Below are positions 9,412 to 19,669 of a stretch of DNA of 64,000 nt, piece after piece. A program made the position numbers and the translations under genes. Numbering within the stretch: position 1 is the stretch's first letter; every line of letters starts with the position of its first letter. Source of the DNA: Sedimentisphaeraceae bacterium JB056 (lineage in GTDB: Bacteria; Planctomycetota; Phycisphaerae; Sedimentisphaerales; Sedimentisphaeraceae); NCBI GenBank assembly GCA_044440125.1, contig JBITAJ010000029.1, forward strand, positions 128,001-192,000, given 5' to 3'. The notes below the pieces were generated by a model. It was given only the letters and a program-made list of their open reading frames with translations, did no database searches and was not told the DNA's origin.

Positions 9412-9597
9412 ATGTCAACAACGGCACTTGAAAATAAGGCCAAAAAGACACCCAAATTCAGGGTTCGGGGATATACGAGATGTGAGCTTTGCGGCAGAGC
9501 CAGAGCTGTCTACAGGAAGTTCAATATTTGCCGTATATGTTTCAGGAATATGGCCAACGAAGGTAAAATACCAGGTGTTAAAAAGTCAAGCTGGTAA
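9412..9597 (+). CDS. rpsN: 30S ribosomal protein S14, zinc-binding (type Z)
   Basis: 61 aa, CELCGR...CRICFR...KSSW. Confidence 0.99.
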   Translation: MSTTALENKAKKTPKFRVRGYTRCELCGRARAVYRKFNICRICFRNMANEGKIPGVKKSSW

Positions 9598-9635
9598 TTT
9601 TTAATAACAATAGACCAGAAAATTGGAGTGAATAG

Positions 9636-10034
9636 ATGAGCTTATCAGATCCAATTGCTGATATGCTGACCAGAATTAGAAACGCAGTAGCTGTTTCAAA
9701 ACCAGAGGTCAGGGTAAAAGCTTCAAATGTTTGTGAAGGTATCGCAAACGTATTGAAGGAAGAAGGCTACATAGTCGATTATGACCGTATTGATGACGGC
9801 CAGCAGGGACTGCTTCGCATAATGCTGAAGTATTCTGCTGTAGGTGAGCCTGTTATCAATGAGATCAAGAGAATCAGTAAGCCGGGTAAGAGAGTTTACA
9901 GCGGCGTTGAGGATATGCCTCAGGTACTGGGTGGTCTTGGTGTTTCGATTGTGACAACAAGCAAAGGTGTAATTAGTGACAGACGCTGCCGTAGCGAAAA
10001 GCTCGGTGGTGAAATTCTTTGTACGGTGAGCTAA
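9636..10034 (+). CDS. rpsH: 30S ribosomal protein S8
   Basis: DPIADMLTRIRNA...RISKPG.RVY...GGEILC. Confidence 0.99.
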   Translation: MSLSDPIADMLTRIRNAVAVSKPEVRVKASNVCEGIANVLKEEGYIVDYDRIDDGQQGLLRIMLKYSAVGEPVINEIKRISKPGKRVYSGVEDMPQVLGGLGVSIVTTSKGVISDRRCRSEKLGGEILCTVS

Positions 10035-10035
10035 T

Positions 10036-10602
10036 ATGAGTCGTATAGGTAAGAAAAAAATAGATATACCGGCCGGTGTTACAGTGGATGTATCTGCAAA
10101 GAGCATTTCTGTAAAAGGCCCTAAAGGTCAGCTTCAAATAGATACCTATCCTGGTATTGAGGTTAAAGTTGAAGATAATGCGGTTGAGGTCAGTAATACA
10201 GATACTTCTGTAAGACGCTTGAACGCTATGCATGGTACAATGCGTTCTCATATCAACAATATGGTAACGGGTGTTAGTACCGGCTTTACTAAGCAGATGC
10301 AGATCTTTGGTACCGGTTATAACGTAAAAGAGCAGGGTGGTAAGCTTGTGTTGACCATAGGTTTCTGCCATACAGTTGAGATGCCTTTGCCAAAGGGTGT
10401 TACTGCTGAAATCAAGGTGCCTGCTACAAGAGGTAATGAAGTTCCTGCTGTTTTCAGTCTTTCTGGAATCGATAAGCAGGTGCTTGGCCAGTTTGCCGCT
10501 GAGGTTAGAGGTGTAAGACCTCCAGAGCCTTATATCGGTAAAGGCATAAGGTATGCAGATGAAGTCGTGCGTCGTAAAGTTGGTAAGGCCTTCGGTGCTT
10601 AA
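10036..10602 (+). CDS. rplF: 50S ribosomal protein L6
   Basis: MSRIGKK...RPPEPYIGKGIRY. Confidence 0.99.
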   Translation: MSRIGKKKIDIPAGVTVDVSAKSISVKGPKGQLQIDTYPGIEVKVEDNAVEVSNTDTSVRRLNAMHGTMRSHINNMVTGVSTGFTKQMQIFGTGYNVKEQGGKLVLTIGFCHTVEMPLPKGVTAEIKVPATRGNEVPAVFSLSGIDKQVLGQFAAEVRGVRPPEPYIGKGIRYADEVVRRKVGKAFGA

Positions 10603-10642
10603 TAAGTATTATAAACAGGCTATATAAGACAGGTTGATACCT

Positions 10643-11005
10643 ATGAATATCAAAAGATTAGGAAAAAGTAAGATAAGGCGAAAGTTCCGTGTAAGGAAAA
10701 AAGCCTTTGGTACACCGGATAGACCGAGACTATCTGTTTGCAGATCAAACAGAAACATCTCAGCCCAGATTATAGATGACATGAACGGTGTTACACTTGT
10801 TGCCGCTAATACACTGCAGCAGGGCTTGAGCGATTCTGGCAATAACAGCAATATTGCCGCGGCAGCAAAAATAGGTGATGCGATTGCTAAGGAAGCTGTA
10901 AAGGTTGGAATCACGCAAGTGAATTTTGACAGAGGCAGCTACAGGTATCACGGTAGAGTTAAGGCCCTGGCTGAGGCAGCCAGAAAAGCCGGATTAGTAT
11001 TCTGA
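10643..11005 (+). CDS. rplR: 50S ribosomal protein L18
   Basis: [10 protein letters not shown]...[29 protein letters not shown] 10643 chosen as start. Confidence 0.98.
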   Translation: MNIKRLGKSKIRRKFRVRKKAFGTPDRPRLSVCRSNRNISAQIIDDMNGVTLVAANTLQQGLSDSGNNSNIAAAAKIGDAIAKEAVKVGITQVNFDRGSYRYHGRVKALAEAARKAGLVF

Positions 11006-11030
11006 TTTAGTCTTTGAACGGAGAAGACCA

Positions 11031-11549
11031 TTGGCAGACGAAAATAACAAATTCTCAATGCAAAACGAAACAGCCTTTGAGGATACAGTTGTTAAGATAT
11101 ACCGCTGTGCTAAGGTAGTTAAAGGTGGACGTCGTTTCAGCTTTGCAGCATTAGTAGTAGTCGGAGACCGTAGTGGCAACGTAGGCGTTGGTTACGGTAA
11201 AGCGAACGAAGTTCCTTCAGCTGTAGAAAAGGGCATTAAAGATGCTCGTAAGAATATAGTTAAGGTGGCTTTGGACAAAGGTACTATCCCGCATCAGGTT
11301 GAAGGCCGATGCCGGGCAACAAGGGTGAGACTTCTCCCTGCAAGCCCGGGTACTGGAGTTATTGCCGGTTTGAGCAGTCGTGCTGTTCTTGAATTGGCAG
11401 GTGTCCACAACGTATTGACAAAAATTTACGGGAGCACTTCGCCAAAGAACGTTGTCAAAGCAACGATGGACGGATTGCGTAAATTGAAGAGCCGTCAAGA
11501 AGTTGAGGCCCTTCGCGGGGTAGAGCTTGAAATTAACAAAAGGTGGTGA
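11031..11549 (+). CDS. rpsE: 30S ribosomal protein S5
   Basis: RCAKVVKGGRRFSFAALVVVGD; TTG start after GGAG (ATG 11058 is an alternative). Confidence 0.98.
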   Translation: MADENNKFSMQNETAFEDTVVKIYRCAKVVKGGRRFSFAALVVVGDRSGNVGVGYGKANEVPSAVEKGIKDARKNIVKVALDKGTIPHQVEGRCRATRVRLLPASPGTGVIAGLSSRAVLELAGVHNVLTKIYGSTSPKNVVKATMDGLRKLKSRQEVEALRGVELEINKRW

Positions 11550-11557
11550 TATACATT

Positions 11558-12007
11558 ATGTTGAGTCACGAAATTACTTCAGCAGTTGGAAAACATAAAA
11601 GTCGCAAGCGTATCGGACGTGGAACTGGCTCAGGTCATGGTAAGACTTCCGGTCGCGGTCACAAAGGACAAAAGAGTCGCGCAGGTTACTCACGCAAGTC
11701 GATGTTCCAGGGTGGATCAATCCCTCTGTTCCGTCGTTTACCGAGAGTAGGCTTCAGTAACTATAATTTTGCCGTTAAGTATGAAATTATCAACGTTATG
11801 CAGCTTGAGAAATTCTTCGAAGACGGTGCAACAGTTGGTGTTGAACAGCTCGCAGCATGCGGTCTGGTTGATAATACCAAGAGCAAAGTAAAGATATTGG
11901 GCGATGGCCAGCTAACCAAAAAGCTTGATGTTACAGCACATAAATTTAGTAAGAGTGCTGAAGAAAAAATATCAAGTTGTGGCGGTAAAGTACAGGTTGT
12001 TGCTTAA
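11558..12007 (+). CDS. rplO: 50S ribosomal protein L15
   Basis: RKRIGRGTGSGHGKTSGRGHKGQKSR; ATG 11558. Confidence 0.99.
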   Translation: MLSHEITSAVGKHKSRKRIGRGTGSGHGKTSGRGHKGQKSRAGYSRKSMFQGGSIPLFRRLPRVGFSNYNFAVKYEIINVMQLEKFFEDGATVGVEQLAACGLVDNTKSKVKILGDGQLTKKLDVTAHKFSKSAEEKISSCGGKVQVVA

Positions 12008-12027
12008 ATGACTAATGAGGGGATGCT

Positions 12028-13392
12028 GTGATGCTCAGTTCAGTGTTGAACATTTTCAAAGTTCCGGAGTTACGTAATAAGATTTTATTCACTCTGGTTT
12101 TGCTTTGTATTTATAGAATCGGTTTTCATATTCCGGTTCCGGGAACAGATCAACAGGCTATTGAGGCTGCGACGAGTCAAAGAGATTCGTCGAGCCCTAT
12201 AGGCCGTATGGCGGAAACCATGCAGATGTTTACAGGCGGTACACTCAGTAAGAGCTCTTTGTTCGGACTGGGTATTATGCCTTATATCTCTGCATCAATT
12301 ATTTTCATGCTTTTGGGTGAAATCTGGCCTGCTATAAAGAAATTGAAGCAGGAAGGTATGGCCGGGCATCGAAAGATACAGGAATATACCCGATATGTTA
12401 CGGTTCCCTTATGTGTTGTGCAGTCTTGGATGATAATGACCTATATGAAGAATATGGACGCTATTTATCCGGGTATGGGTGTCTCTGCTATGCTGTTCGG
12501 TGTTGTTGGTATGACTGCTGGAACAATGTTCCTTATGTGGTTAGGCGAGCAGATCGATGAGTATGGAATCGGTAACGGTATCAGTCTTCTGATTATGGCC
12601 GGTATCATGGCGAGAATGCCTTGGGCAGTCTCTAAGGTATGGGAAAAAGCTACATTTAAGTTTGGTGCGACAGCAGGTGAGTATGATCCGTTGACTATCC
12701 TGTTCCTTATCGCAGCATTCGTTTTTGTTGTAGCAGGATCTATCCTCATTACCCAGGCTCAAAGAAGAATACCTATTCAGCAGGCACGTCAGATGAGAGG
12801 CCGCAGAATGTACGGCGGAGCCCGTCATTATATTCCGCTTCGTGTTAATCACGGTGGTGTAATGCCGATCATCTTTGCTTCAAGTTTAATGATGTTCCCG
12901 GGAATTATATTCGACCAGCTTAGAAGAATACCTGCTTTGGCAAACTCTTCTGTACTTGGTTCGATAGTTGATGCCTTTAACCCAGGAGCATTTACATATA
13001 ACTTCGTTTATATTGTAATGATCTTCCTGTTCGCTTATTTCTGGACAACAGTTCACTTCCAGCCAAAGGACATGGCTAAGAATCTCCGCGACAGCGGAAG
13101 CTTCATCCCAGGTCTTCGTCCGGGACACAGAACTGCAGAATATCTCGAGCATGTAATGGTGAGAATTACTTTCTACGGTGCAGCTTTCCTTGCTATCATC
13201 GCAGTAGTGCCTCAGGTCGTTACAGTAACTCTTGGTGTGGACTGGAATGTAGCATCGTTTCTCGGTGGTACAGGTCTTCTTATCGTAGTAAGTGTTTCTC
13301 TTGATCTCGTACAGAGGGTAGAGTCGCAGCTTATGATGAGAAATTATGAAGGTTTCAGTGAGAGCGGAAGGATAAAGGGGGCCAGAGGTTGA
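12028..13392 (+). CDS. secY: Preprotein translocase subunit SecY
   Basis: LGIMPYISASII, WLGEQIDEYGIGNGISLLI, FIPGLRPG, GGTGLLIVV. Confidence 0.99.
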   Translation: MMLSSVLNIFKVPELRNKILFTLVLLCIYRIGFHIPVPGTDQQAIEAATSQRDSSSPIGRMAETMQMFTGGTLSKSSLFGLGIMPYISASIIFMLLGEIWPAIKKLKQEGMAGHRKIQEYTRYVTVPLCVVQSWMIMTYMKNMDAIYPGMGVSAMLFGVVGMTAGTMFLMWLGEQIDEYGIGNGISLLIMAGIMARMPWAVSKVWEKATFKFGATAGEYDPLTILFLIAAFVFVVAGSILITQAQRRIPIQQARQMRGRRMYGGARHYIPLRVNHGGVMPIIFASSLMMFPGIIFDQLRRIPALANSSVLGSIVDAFNPGAFTYNFVYIVMIFLFAYFWTTVHFQPKDMAKNLRDSGSFIPGLRPGHRTAEYLEHVMVRITFYGAAFLAIIAVVPQVVTVTLGVDWNVASFLGGTGLLIVVSVSLDLVQRVESQLMMRNYEGFSESGRIKGARG

Positions 13393-14030
13393 GACTTGTA
13401 CTAATAGGTCCTCCCGGTGCTGGTAAGGGTACCCAGTGCAAAAGATTGGCTGATAAGTATGAATTGACGCATTTGTCAAGCGGTGATATTTTCCGTGGAC
13501 AAATGGCGGCAAAGACAGAGCTTGGAAATACTGCTAAGAAATATATAGATGAAGGTCAGCTTGTACCTGATCCGATAGTTATATCGATGATGACAGATGC
13601 TGTTAAGAATGAACAGAATTGTATTCTTGATGGCTTTCCGAGAACAGTGAATCAAGCTAAGGCTCTTGATGAAGCTCTTGAAAAATTGAATTGTGATTTG
13701 GATGCGGTCGTTGAACTGATCGTAGCAGATGAGGAAGTGGCCTCAAGACTGACCAAAAGACGCGTTTGTCTTAATTGCGGTGCTACTTACCATCTTGAGT
13801 ATTCAAAACCGAAGGTTGATGGAATATGCGACAGTTGCGGTAGAGAACTTATCCAGCGTGATGATGATACTGAAGAAGTGATTTTCAGTCGTCTGGCGAC
13901 TTATCACAAGCAGACTGAGCCAATAATAGATTACTATAAAAATAGTGGAAAGAAGCTCATAAGCATTGATGCTGCAGGCAGTATTGATGAAATAACAAAA
14001 GAGTTGACTTCTGCTATCGATAATATTTGA
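13389..14030 (+). CDS. adk: Adenylate kinase (Zn-LID type)
   Basis: GPPGAGKGTQ, LDGFPR, CLNC/CDSC lid; TTG start overlaps secY stop. Confidence 0.98.
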   Translation: MRLVLIGPPGAGKGTQCKRLADKYELTHLSSGDIFRGQMAAKTELGNTAKKYIDEGQLVPDPIVISMMTDAVKNEQNCILDGFPRTVNQAKALDEALEKLNCDLDAVVELIVADEEVASRLTKRRVCLNCGATYHLEYSKPKVDGICDSCGRELIQRDDDTEEVIFSRLATYHKQTEPIIDYYKNSGKKLISIDAAGSIDEITKELTSAIDNI

Positions 14031-14052
14031 TTTTTAACGATCGTTTAGTATA

Positions 14053-14829
14053 ATGGCAATCAAAATACGCAGAAAAAACGAAATCGAGAAGATGCGTAAG
14101 GCCGGAATGGTCGTTAAACAAGCTTTAGATAAGATAGAAGAAAACTGTAAAGCCGGGGTAAATACCGCAGAGCTTGACAAGATAGCTTGTGATGTTGCGG
14201 CGGAATACGGGGCAGAAACCCTTTTCAAGGGTGTCAGAAGCCCATATACTGTTATCCCGTTTCCCGGAGCCATCTGTGCTTCAGTAAATGAGCAGGTTGT
14301 TCACGGGATACCTTCCAAAGGTGCAGTCCTTAAGGAAGGTGATATATTCAGTGTTGATTTTGGCGTTAGATTAGATGGTTATTGTGGCGATTCTGCAAGA
14401 ACAATAGCTGTTGGTGATATCTCAGGGGCGAAAAAACGCCTGATGAGTATTACATTGAAAATGCTGGAATTGGCCATTGAAAATATAGCTCCAGGTAAAA
14501 GATGGAGTGAGATTGCCGGTATTATGCAGCAGACAGCTGAAGATGCCGGTTATTCTGTTGTACGGGACCTTGTTGGTCATGGTATCGGAACTCAGATGCA
14601 TGAGGAGCCGCAAGTGCCTAACTTCGTGAGCAGATATCTGTTGAAAAACGATATTGTGCTTAAGGAAGGGATGGTTTTGGCGGTTGAACCGATGGTCAAT
14701 ATGGGTCGGAGTAGTGTGAAAACATTGCGTGATGGATGGACTGTAGTGACAAGAGATGCCAGCCCATCAGCGCATTTTGAGCATACTATCGCTGTCTCAG
14801 GCAGCGGAAGTGATGTATTAACGGCTTAA
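14053..14829 (+). CDS. map: Type I methionyl aminopeptidase
   Basis: [33 protein letters not shown]. Confidence 0.98.
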   Translation: MAIKIRRKNEIEKMRKAGMVVKQALDKIEENCKAGVNTAELDKIACDVAAEYGAETLFKGVRSPYTVIPFPGAICASVNEQVVHGIPSKGAVLKEGDIFSVDFGVRLDGYCGDSARTIAVGDISGAKKRLMSITLKMLELAIENIAPGKRWSEIAGIMQQTAEDAGYSVVRDLVGHGIGTQMHEEPQVPNFVSRYLLKNDIVLKEGMVLAVEPMVNMGRSSVKTLRDGWTVVTRDASPSAHFEHTIAVSGSGSDVLTA

Positions 14830-14843
14830 ATCGAGGTAATGAT

Positions 14844-15056
14844 TTGGCTAAAAGTGGAATAAGAGTAGACGGCAAAGTGCTTGATGCACTGCCAAACGCA
14901 GTTTTCAAGGTAGAACTGGAAAATGGTCATCAGATCATCGCCCATGTATCGGGTAAGATGAGGATGCACTTTATCCGTATTCTGCCTGGAGATACTGTAA
15001 CAGTAGAGATGAGTCCTTACGACCTTAGTAAAGGACGTATTGTATTAAGAAAGTAA
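14844..15056 (+). CDS. infA: Translation initiation factor IF-1
   Basis: [13 protein letters not shown]...[15 protein letters not shown]...[10 protein letters not shown]. Confidence 0.99.
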   Translation: MAKSGIRVDGKVLDALPNAVFKVELENGHQIIAHVSGKMRMHFIRILPGDTVTVEMSPYDLSKGRIVLRK

Positions 15057-15093
15057 TTTGATATAATTCGCTAAATTAATTACAGGTGCGATT

Positions 15094-15210
15094 ATGAAAG
15101 TTAGAAGTTCGGTAAAACGTATTTGTGAAAATTGTAAAATAATTCGCAGAAAAGGTGTCATAAGAGTGATATGCGCTGCTAACCCACGTCATAAACAGAG
15201 GCAGGGTTAA
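15094..15210 (+). CDS. rpmJ: 50S ribosomal protein L36 (zinc type)
   Basis: Below ORF-track cutoff; read directly as [38 protein letters not shown]. Confidence 0.99.
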   Translation: MKVRSSVKRICENCKIIRRKGVIRVICAANPRHKQRQG

Positions 15211-15294
15211 AAAGCTGCTCTTTTATACTTTTCTGTTCTCTGTGGTCTCTTATCACAGGGATTAAGAATATAATAAAACGTCATAGGAGTAATT

Positions 15295-15678
15295 ATGCCT
15301 CGTATAGTCGGTGTAGATGTACCAAATAATAAGCGTTTAGTGATCGCTCTTACCTATATTCATGGTATTGGAAATCACATGGCTGCTGAAATAATAAAGA
15401 AGGCCGGTGCTGATGAGAATATCAAGGCAAGTGAGCTGAGTGAAGATGATGTAAGTAAGCTTGCTCAGATCATTACCAATGAGTATGTTGTTGAAGGTCA
15501 GCTTCGCAGGAAAGTAGCTCAGGATATCGCCAGACTTAAAGATATCACTTGCTATCGTGGTCTTCGTCACAGAAGAAGTCTTCCTTGCCGTGGTCAGCAG
15601 ACACAGAGCAACGCACGTACTCGTAAGGGTAGGAAGAAGACTGTTGCCGGTAAGAAGAGCGTCAAGGGTATGCGCTAA
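15295..15678 (+). CDS. rpsM: 30S ribosomal protein S13
   Basis: MPRIVGVD...ALTYIHGIG...YRGLRHRRSLPCRGQ. Confidence 0.99.
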   Translation: MPRIVGVDVPNNKRLVIALTYIHGIGNHMAAEIIKKAGADENIKASELSEDDVSKLAQIITNEYVVEGQLRRKVAQDIARLKDITCYRGLRHRRSLPCRGQQTQSNARTRKGRKKTVAGKKSVKGMR

Positions 15679-15712
15679 TTTGGGATTGATTTCAATTTTA
15701 GGATAAATATAG

Positions 15713-16093
15713 ATGGCTAAAAGTACAAAACGAAGAGTAAGGAAGAATATAGCTCGTGGAGTTGTTCACGTTAAAGCTACCTTCAATAACACTATCGTTA
15801 CAGTAACTGATCCTGATGGTGCAGTAATCTGCGCTGGTTCAGGTGGTGCAGTAGGCTTCAAGGGATCACGTAAGAGTACTCCTTTTGCCGCTCAAAGAGC
15901 TTCTGAGAAGTGTGCTTTTGAGGCAAAACGTAACGGTGTACGTGAAGTTGAAGTACGTGTTAAAGGTCCTGGACAGGGACGTGAATCAGCTATTACTGCT
16001 ATTCAGTCTGCCGGAATCAGGATTACTTCAGTTGAAGACGTAACTCCGCTTCCTCACAACGGATGTCGCCCACCAAAGCGTCGTCGCGTGTGA
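15713..16093 (+). CDS. rpsK: 30S ribosomal protein S11
   Basis: ATFNNTIVT...[13 protein letters not shown]...[18 protein letters not shown]. Confidence 0.99.
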   Translation: MAKSTKRRVRKNIARGVVHVKATFNNTIVTVTDPDGAVICAGSGGAVGFKGSRKSTPFAAQRASEKCAFEAKRNGVREVEVRVKGPGQGRESAITAIQSAGIRITSVEDVTPLPHNGCRPPKRRRV

Positions 16094-16261
16094 CCGGTAT
16101 TGCTTACTTTTTTTGATGATTATAAAAATGCTGCCGTAGGTTTCAATGTACCTTGGCAGCGTGATTTTGTTAATAGATAGCAAGAAACAGATTAGTAAGT
16201 GCCAACTATGGCCTTTCGGTTCTTTACTGAGAAACTTGCTGTAATTTTAAGGGCCCCTATT

Positions 16262-17260
16262 ATGAGAATAACTTGGCGTGGATTAGAGCTCCCTACAAGG
16301 GTTGAGCTGGATCAGGAAATGTCCGATGGTTATTTCGGACGATTTGTTGTAGAGCCTTTCGAAAGAGGTTTTGGTACAACTATCGGCAACAGCCTTAGGC
16401 GTGTATTGCTTTCTTCACTTGAGGGAAGTGCTGTCACAAGGGTTAAGATTGTCGGTGTTGACCATGAATTTACAAGCATCGAGGGTGTTGTTGAGGATAT
16501 CACAGATATCATCATCAATATTAAGCACCTTGTTGTTAGGATGGAAGGCGATCGTCCCAGGACTATGAAGATCAAGGTTGCGAAGGAAGGCGTTGTAACA
16601 GCTGCCGATATCGAAACCGATTCATATGTCGAGGTTATAAATAAAGACCAGGTGATAGCAACACTCACCGAAGACGTTAATTTTGAAATGGAATTTACAG
16701 TCGAGAAGGGACGCGGTTATTCAGCTTCTAAGGATCGTATTGCTGAATCCGATCGTTTCGATCAGGAAGTCGGCCTCATAGAGGTTGATGCACTTTATTC
16801 TCCTGTAGTTCGTGTAAGATATAAAACAGAGGACACACGTGTCGGCCAGCGTACCAATTATGATAAGCTCATAATTGACGTTTGGACTAATGGCACTGTA
16901 AGCCCTGAATTGGCTGTTGTTGAGGCAGCTAAGATATTGCGTAAGCATATTAATCCGTTCACTCAGTTCGCTGATATCGGCGATGAGACTGTTGATGAGG
17001 AACTTGTAGTTGTTGAGCCGGAAAAAGAAGATATTGATTCTGAGCTTGCAGCTAAGCTTGATATGCCTATACGCGACCTTGAACTTTCTGTTCGTGCAAG
17101 CAACTGTCTTGAAAGCGTTAAGCTTCAGAACGTTCGTGAGCTTGTCAGCATGACAGAGGCAGAATTGCTTAAGGTTCGCAGCTTTGGTAAGACCTCACTG
17201 CGTGAGATCAAGAGAAAGCTTGATGAATTGGGCTTGTCTCTTGGTATGACTGATATTTAA
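16262..17260 (+). CDS. rpoA: DNA-directed RNA polymerase subunit alpha
   Basis: EPFERGFGTTIGNSLRRVLLSS...ELSVRASNCL...FGKTSLREI; ATG 16262 (MRITWRGLELP) chosen as start. Confidence 0.98.
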   Translation: MRITWRGLELPTRVELDQEMSDGYFGRFVVEPFERGFGTTIGNSLRRVLLSSLEGSAVTRVKIVGVDHEFTSIEGVVEDITDIIINIKHLVVRMEGDRPRTMKIKVAKEGVVTAADIETDSYVEVINKDQVIATLTEDVNFEMEFTVEKGRGYSASKDRIAESDRFDQEVGLIEVDALYSPVVRVRYKTEDTRVGQRTNYDKLIIDVWTNGTVSPELAVVEAAKILRKHINPFTQFADIGDETVDEELVVVEPEKEDIDSELAAKLDMPIRDLELSVRASNCLESVKLQNVRELVSMTEAELLKVRSFGKTSLREIKRKLDELGLSLGMTDI

Positions 17261-17336
17261 TAGCCGTGTCAATTAATTTGACAGGTTGATCGATACTCAA
17301 ATTTGATAATAAACGTTTTTATATAAGGATACGAAA

Positions 17337-17774
17337 ATGCGACATCGTGTAGCAGGACGCCATCTTGGCAGAACAAGTGAGCACCGCATTGCAATGCGCA
17401 GGAATATGGTGAGCTCTCTTTTTGAGCATGGCACAATTTCTACAACTATACAAAAGGCAAAAGAAGTTAAACCTTTCGCTGAGAAGCTTATAACTCTCGC
17501 TAAAAAAGGTGATCTTGCTTCTCGCCGCCGTGCGATATCTTTGCTAAATGACCGCTGCATCTACGAAGAGCAGGACGGAGAGAATGTAAAGGTTGGTACC
17601 GTAATCGGCAGACTTTTCAGTGATATAGGTCCTAAGTACATTGAGAGACCTGGTGGATACACAAGGATTATCAAGCTCGCTAAGAGAAGACTTGGCGATA
17701 ACGGTGAGCTTTGCCTGCTTCAGCTCGTAGAAGGTGATAATCAAAAGGCTCCGGCTGCTGATTCTGAAGAGTAA
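17337..17774 (+). CDS. rplQ: 50S ribosomal protein L17
   Basis: MRHRVAGRHLGRTSEHR...RPGGYTRIIKL..RLGDNG. Confidence 0.99.
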   Translation: MRHRVAGRHLGRTSEHRIAMRRNMVSSLFEHGTISTTIQKAKEVKPFAEKLITLAKKGDLASRRRAISLLNDRCIYEEQDGENVKVGTVIGRLFSDIGPKYIERPGGYTRIIKLAKRRLGDNGELCLLQLVEGDNQKAPAADSEE

Positions 17775-17789
17775 TAAGGGTTTTGATGT

Positions 17790-18206
17790 ATGGCAGATTG
17801 TATCTTTTGTAAAATAGCGGCAGGTGAGATACCCTGCACAAAAATTTACGAAGATGACGATATCCTTTCTTTCATGGACATTAATCCTATATCGGAAGGC
17901 CATACTCTTGTTATAACCAAGGGGCATTATAAATATGCCCATCAATGTCCGCCTGAGCTTATGGCTAAGCTTGCTGCGAAATTACCGATGATAGCGGAGG
18001 CTGTTTTTCAGGTTTCAGGTGCTGACGGTTATAATATCCTTTGCAATAGCGGCAAAGCTTCCGGGCAGGAAGTCCCGCATTTACACTTTCATATAATTCC
18101 TCGTTTTGAGGGTGATGGTGTTTTGGCGAATTGGCCTGCTGGTAAGTATGACAGTATGGACAAAATGAAGGATGTCTGCAATAAAATACGTCAAAAACTT
18201 GCTTGA
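17790..18206 (+). CDS. HIT family (HinT-like) nucleotide hydrolase
   Basis: DCIFCKI...GHTLVI...GQEVPHLHFHIIPR histidine triad. Confidence 0.95.
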   Translation: MADCIFCKIAAGEIPCTKIYEDDDILSFMDINPISEGHTLVITKGHYKYAHQCPPELMAKLAAKLPMIAEAVFQVSGADGYNILCNSGKASGQEVPHLHFHIIPRFEGDGVLANWPAGKYDSMDKMKDVCNKIRQKLA

Positions 18207-18217
18207 TAGAAAATGAT

Positions 18218-18249
18218 AAAACCGGTTGTTTAAGACAGCCGGTTTTTTT
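18218..18249. terminator. Probable bidirectional intrinsic terminator
   Basis: AAAACCGGTTGT-TTAAG-ACAGCCGGTTTTTTT between convergent HIT and comF-like genes. Confidence 0.8.
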
Positions 18250-18261
18250 ATGCGCAGATTT

Positions 18262-19005
18262 TCAGGCATTTGCTACGGCTATTACTGCTGCATAAACTTT
18301 TGCCGCTCCATTTTCTTTGAGAACACGACTGCATTCATTGAGAGTAGCTCCGGTAGTTTTGATGTCGTCGATAATGCATATGGTTTTGCCCTGTATCGAC
18401 TTGGCATCTTTAGGTGTGAAAGCTCCTTTGATATTCTTCTTTCTCTGGGCAAAGCTCAGGCCGGGCTGGGGCATTGTTTTACGAACTCGCCGCAGTATTT
18501 TGCCGGTGGTGAAGCCTTCCTTTTTTATATTACTGAGAAGCAGCCATGACTGATTATAGCCTCTTGATAGCTTTCTGCTCCAGTGCAGCGGCACGGCTGT
18601 AAACAGATCTATTTCCTTGATTGGCAGGGAATTTTGTATTGATGAGCTTAGCTGATAGCTTAGAAGTCTGTTTATCTTGGGATGTTCATTATGTTTGATT
18701 TTTAATATCAAGTCACGAAGCACACCTTCGTAGCGTCCAACCCGGGTGATGCTTTCAAATTCAAGTTTAAGTTCCTCGCAGTCAGGACACTTGCTGCCTA
18801 TAAGTCCATATTTGCTTATGTCTCTGCCGCAGGAAGGGCAGTAGTCGTTTGATAGTGCAGCCGATAACTTTTGCCAGCAACTGCGACATAAACCATCATC
18901 TGATTCATTTATTGAATCCCCGCATACTCCGCATACAGCAGGCCAGAGCAGATAGTTGATGATTTCTGCTCCGGCTTTGGAAATTCTGTATATCTGTTTG
19001 CTCAT
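18262..19005 (-). CDS. comF: ComF family protein (double zinc ribbon + phosphoribosyltransferase)
   Basis: Four CxxC pairs, VPLHWSRKLSRGYNQS, IIDDIKTTGATL. Confidence 0.9.
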   Translation of the reverse strand: MSKQIYRISKAGAEIINYLLWPAVCGVCGDSINESDDGLCRSCWQKLSAALSNDYCPSCGRDISKYGLIGSKCPDCEELKLEFESITRVGRYEGVLRDLILKIKHNEHPKINRLLSYQLSSSIQNSLPIKEIDLFTAVPLHWSRKLSRGYNQSWLLLSNIKKEGFTTGKILRRVRKTMPQPGLSFAQRKKNIKGAFTPKDAKSIQGKTICIIDDIKTTGATLNECSRVLKENGAAKVYAAVIAVANA

Positions 19006-19025
19006 TGCCTCCCTCTTGATCTGAA

Positions 19026-19577
19026 TTACCAGCGAGGCGGTTCTTTATTGTTTACTTTCTCTATGACAACACTCTTGACCATCCATTCATCGTTACGTTT
19101 GATGAAACCTATTTCAGCCTCTATGATTGCAAGTTCGAAATACTCTCCTGCCTGGCTTGCATCATCAAAATGAACGGTTGTATTAAGCTCTGACGTCGCC
19201 TCATTTCCGTTAACTGTTATTTCATTGTAGTTGATGCGTATCTTTTCCGCAAAGGGGCGGCCGAAGTATTCCTGGCATTTCTGGGTGATTATTCGTCTGT
19301 CATAACGATGCTGTCCATCGTAATCCTGATCTATCATACTTATCACGACTTGAGGTTGCCTGTTCAGTACCGCATCTCTTGCCTGTACTATTCTTGCTTC
19401 TATCTGCTCTCTGTCTGTTTGTACAAAGTAATCAATTCCGAAGGCTGCTGCAAGCACAATAAGCGGAATCAACATTTGCCACCATCGTTTTTTGTCAGGC
19501 ATGATATTACGAAATAGTGTTATTGCGCAAAACAGTGCAACGGCTGTAATGATAAGTATCCATGGCGACTCGAACAT
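19026..19577 (-). CDS. Membrane-anchored hypothetical protein, possible NTF2/SnoaL-like C-terminal domain
   Basis: Two N-terminal TM helices, then VQTDREQI; C-terminal beta strands ending FIKRNDEWMVKSV. Confidence 0.55.
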   Translation of the reverse strand: MFESPWILIITAVALFCAITLFRNIMPDKKRWWQMLIPLIVLAAAFGIDYFVQTDREQIEARIVQARDAVLNRQPQVVISMIDQDYDGQHRYDRRIITQKCQEYFGRPFAEKIRINYNEITVNGNEATSELNTTVHFDDASQAGEYFELAIIEAEIGFIKRNDEWMVKSVVIEKVNNKEPPRW

Positions 19578-19669
19578 GCTCTACTCCCTTTAATCAGATA
19601 TTTTATTAAAAAAATCTAAGACGGCATTCTGCCGCCTTAGCCTCTTGTATACTTATTTTGCTATGAAGC

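Noticed and set aside
2577..17945. Many minus-strand ORFs (60-208 aa) across the ribosomal operon
   Set aside because: Antisense shadows of highly conserved genes with biased codon usage; no recognisable motifs.
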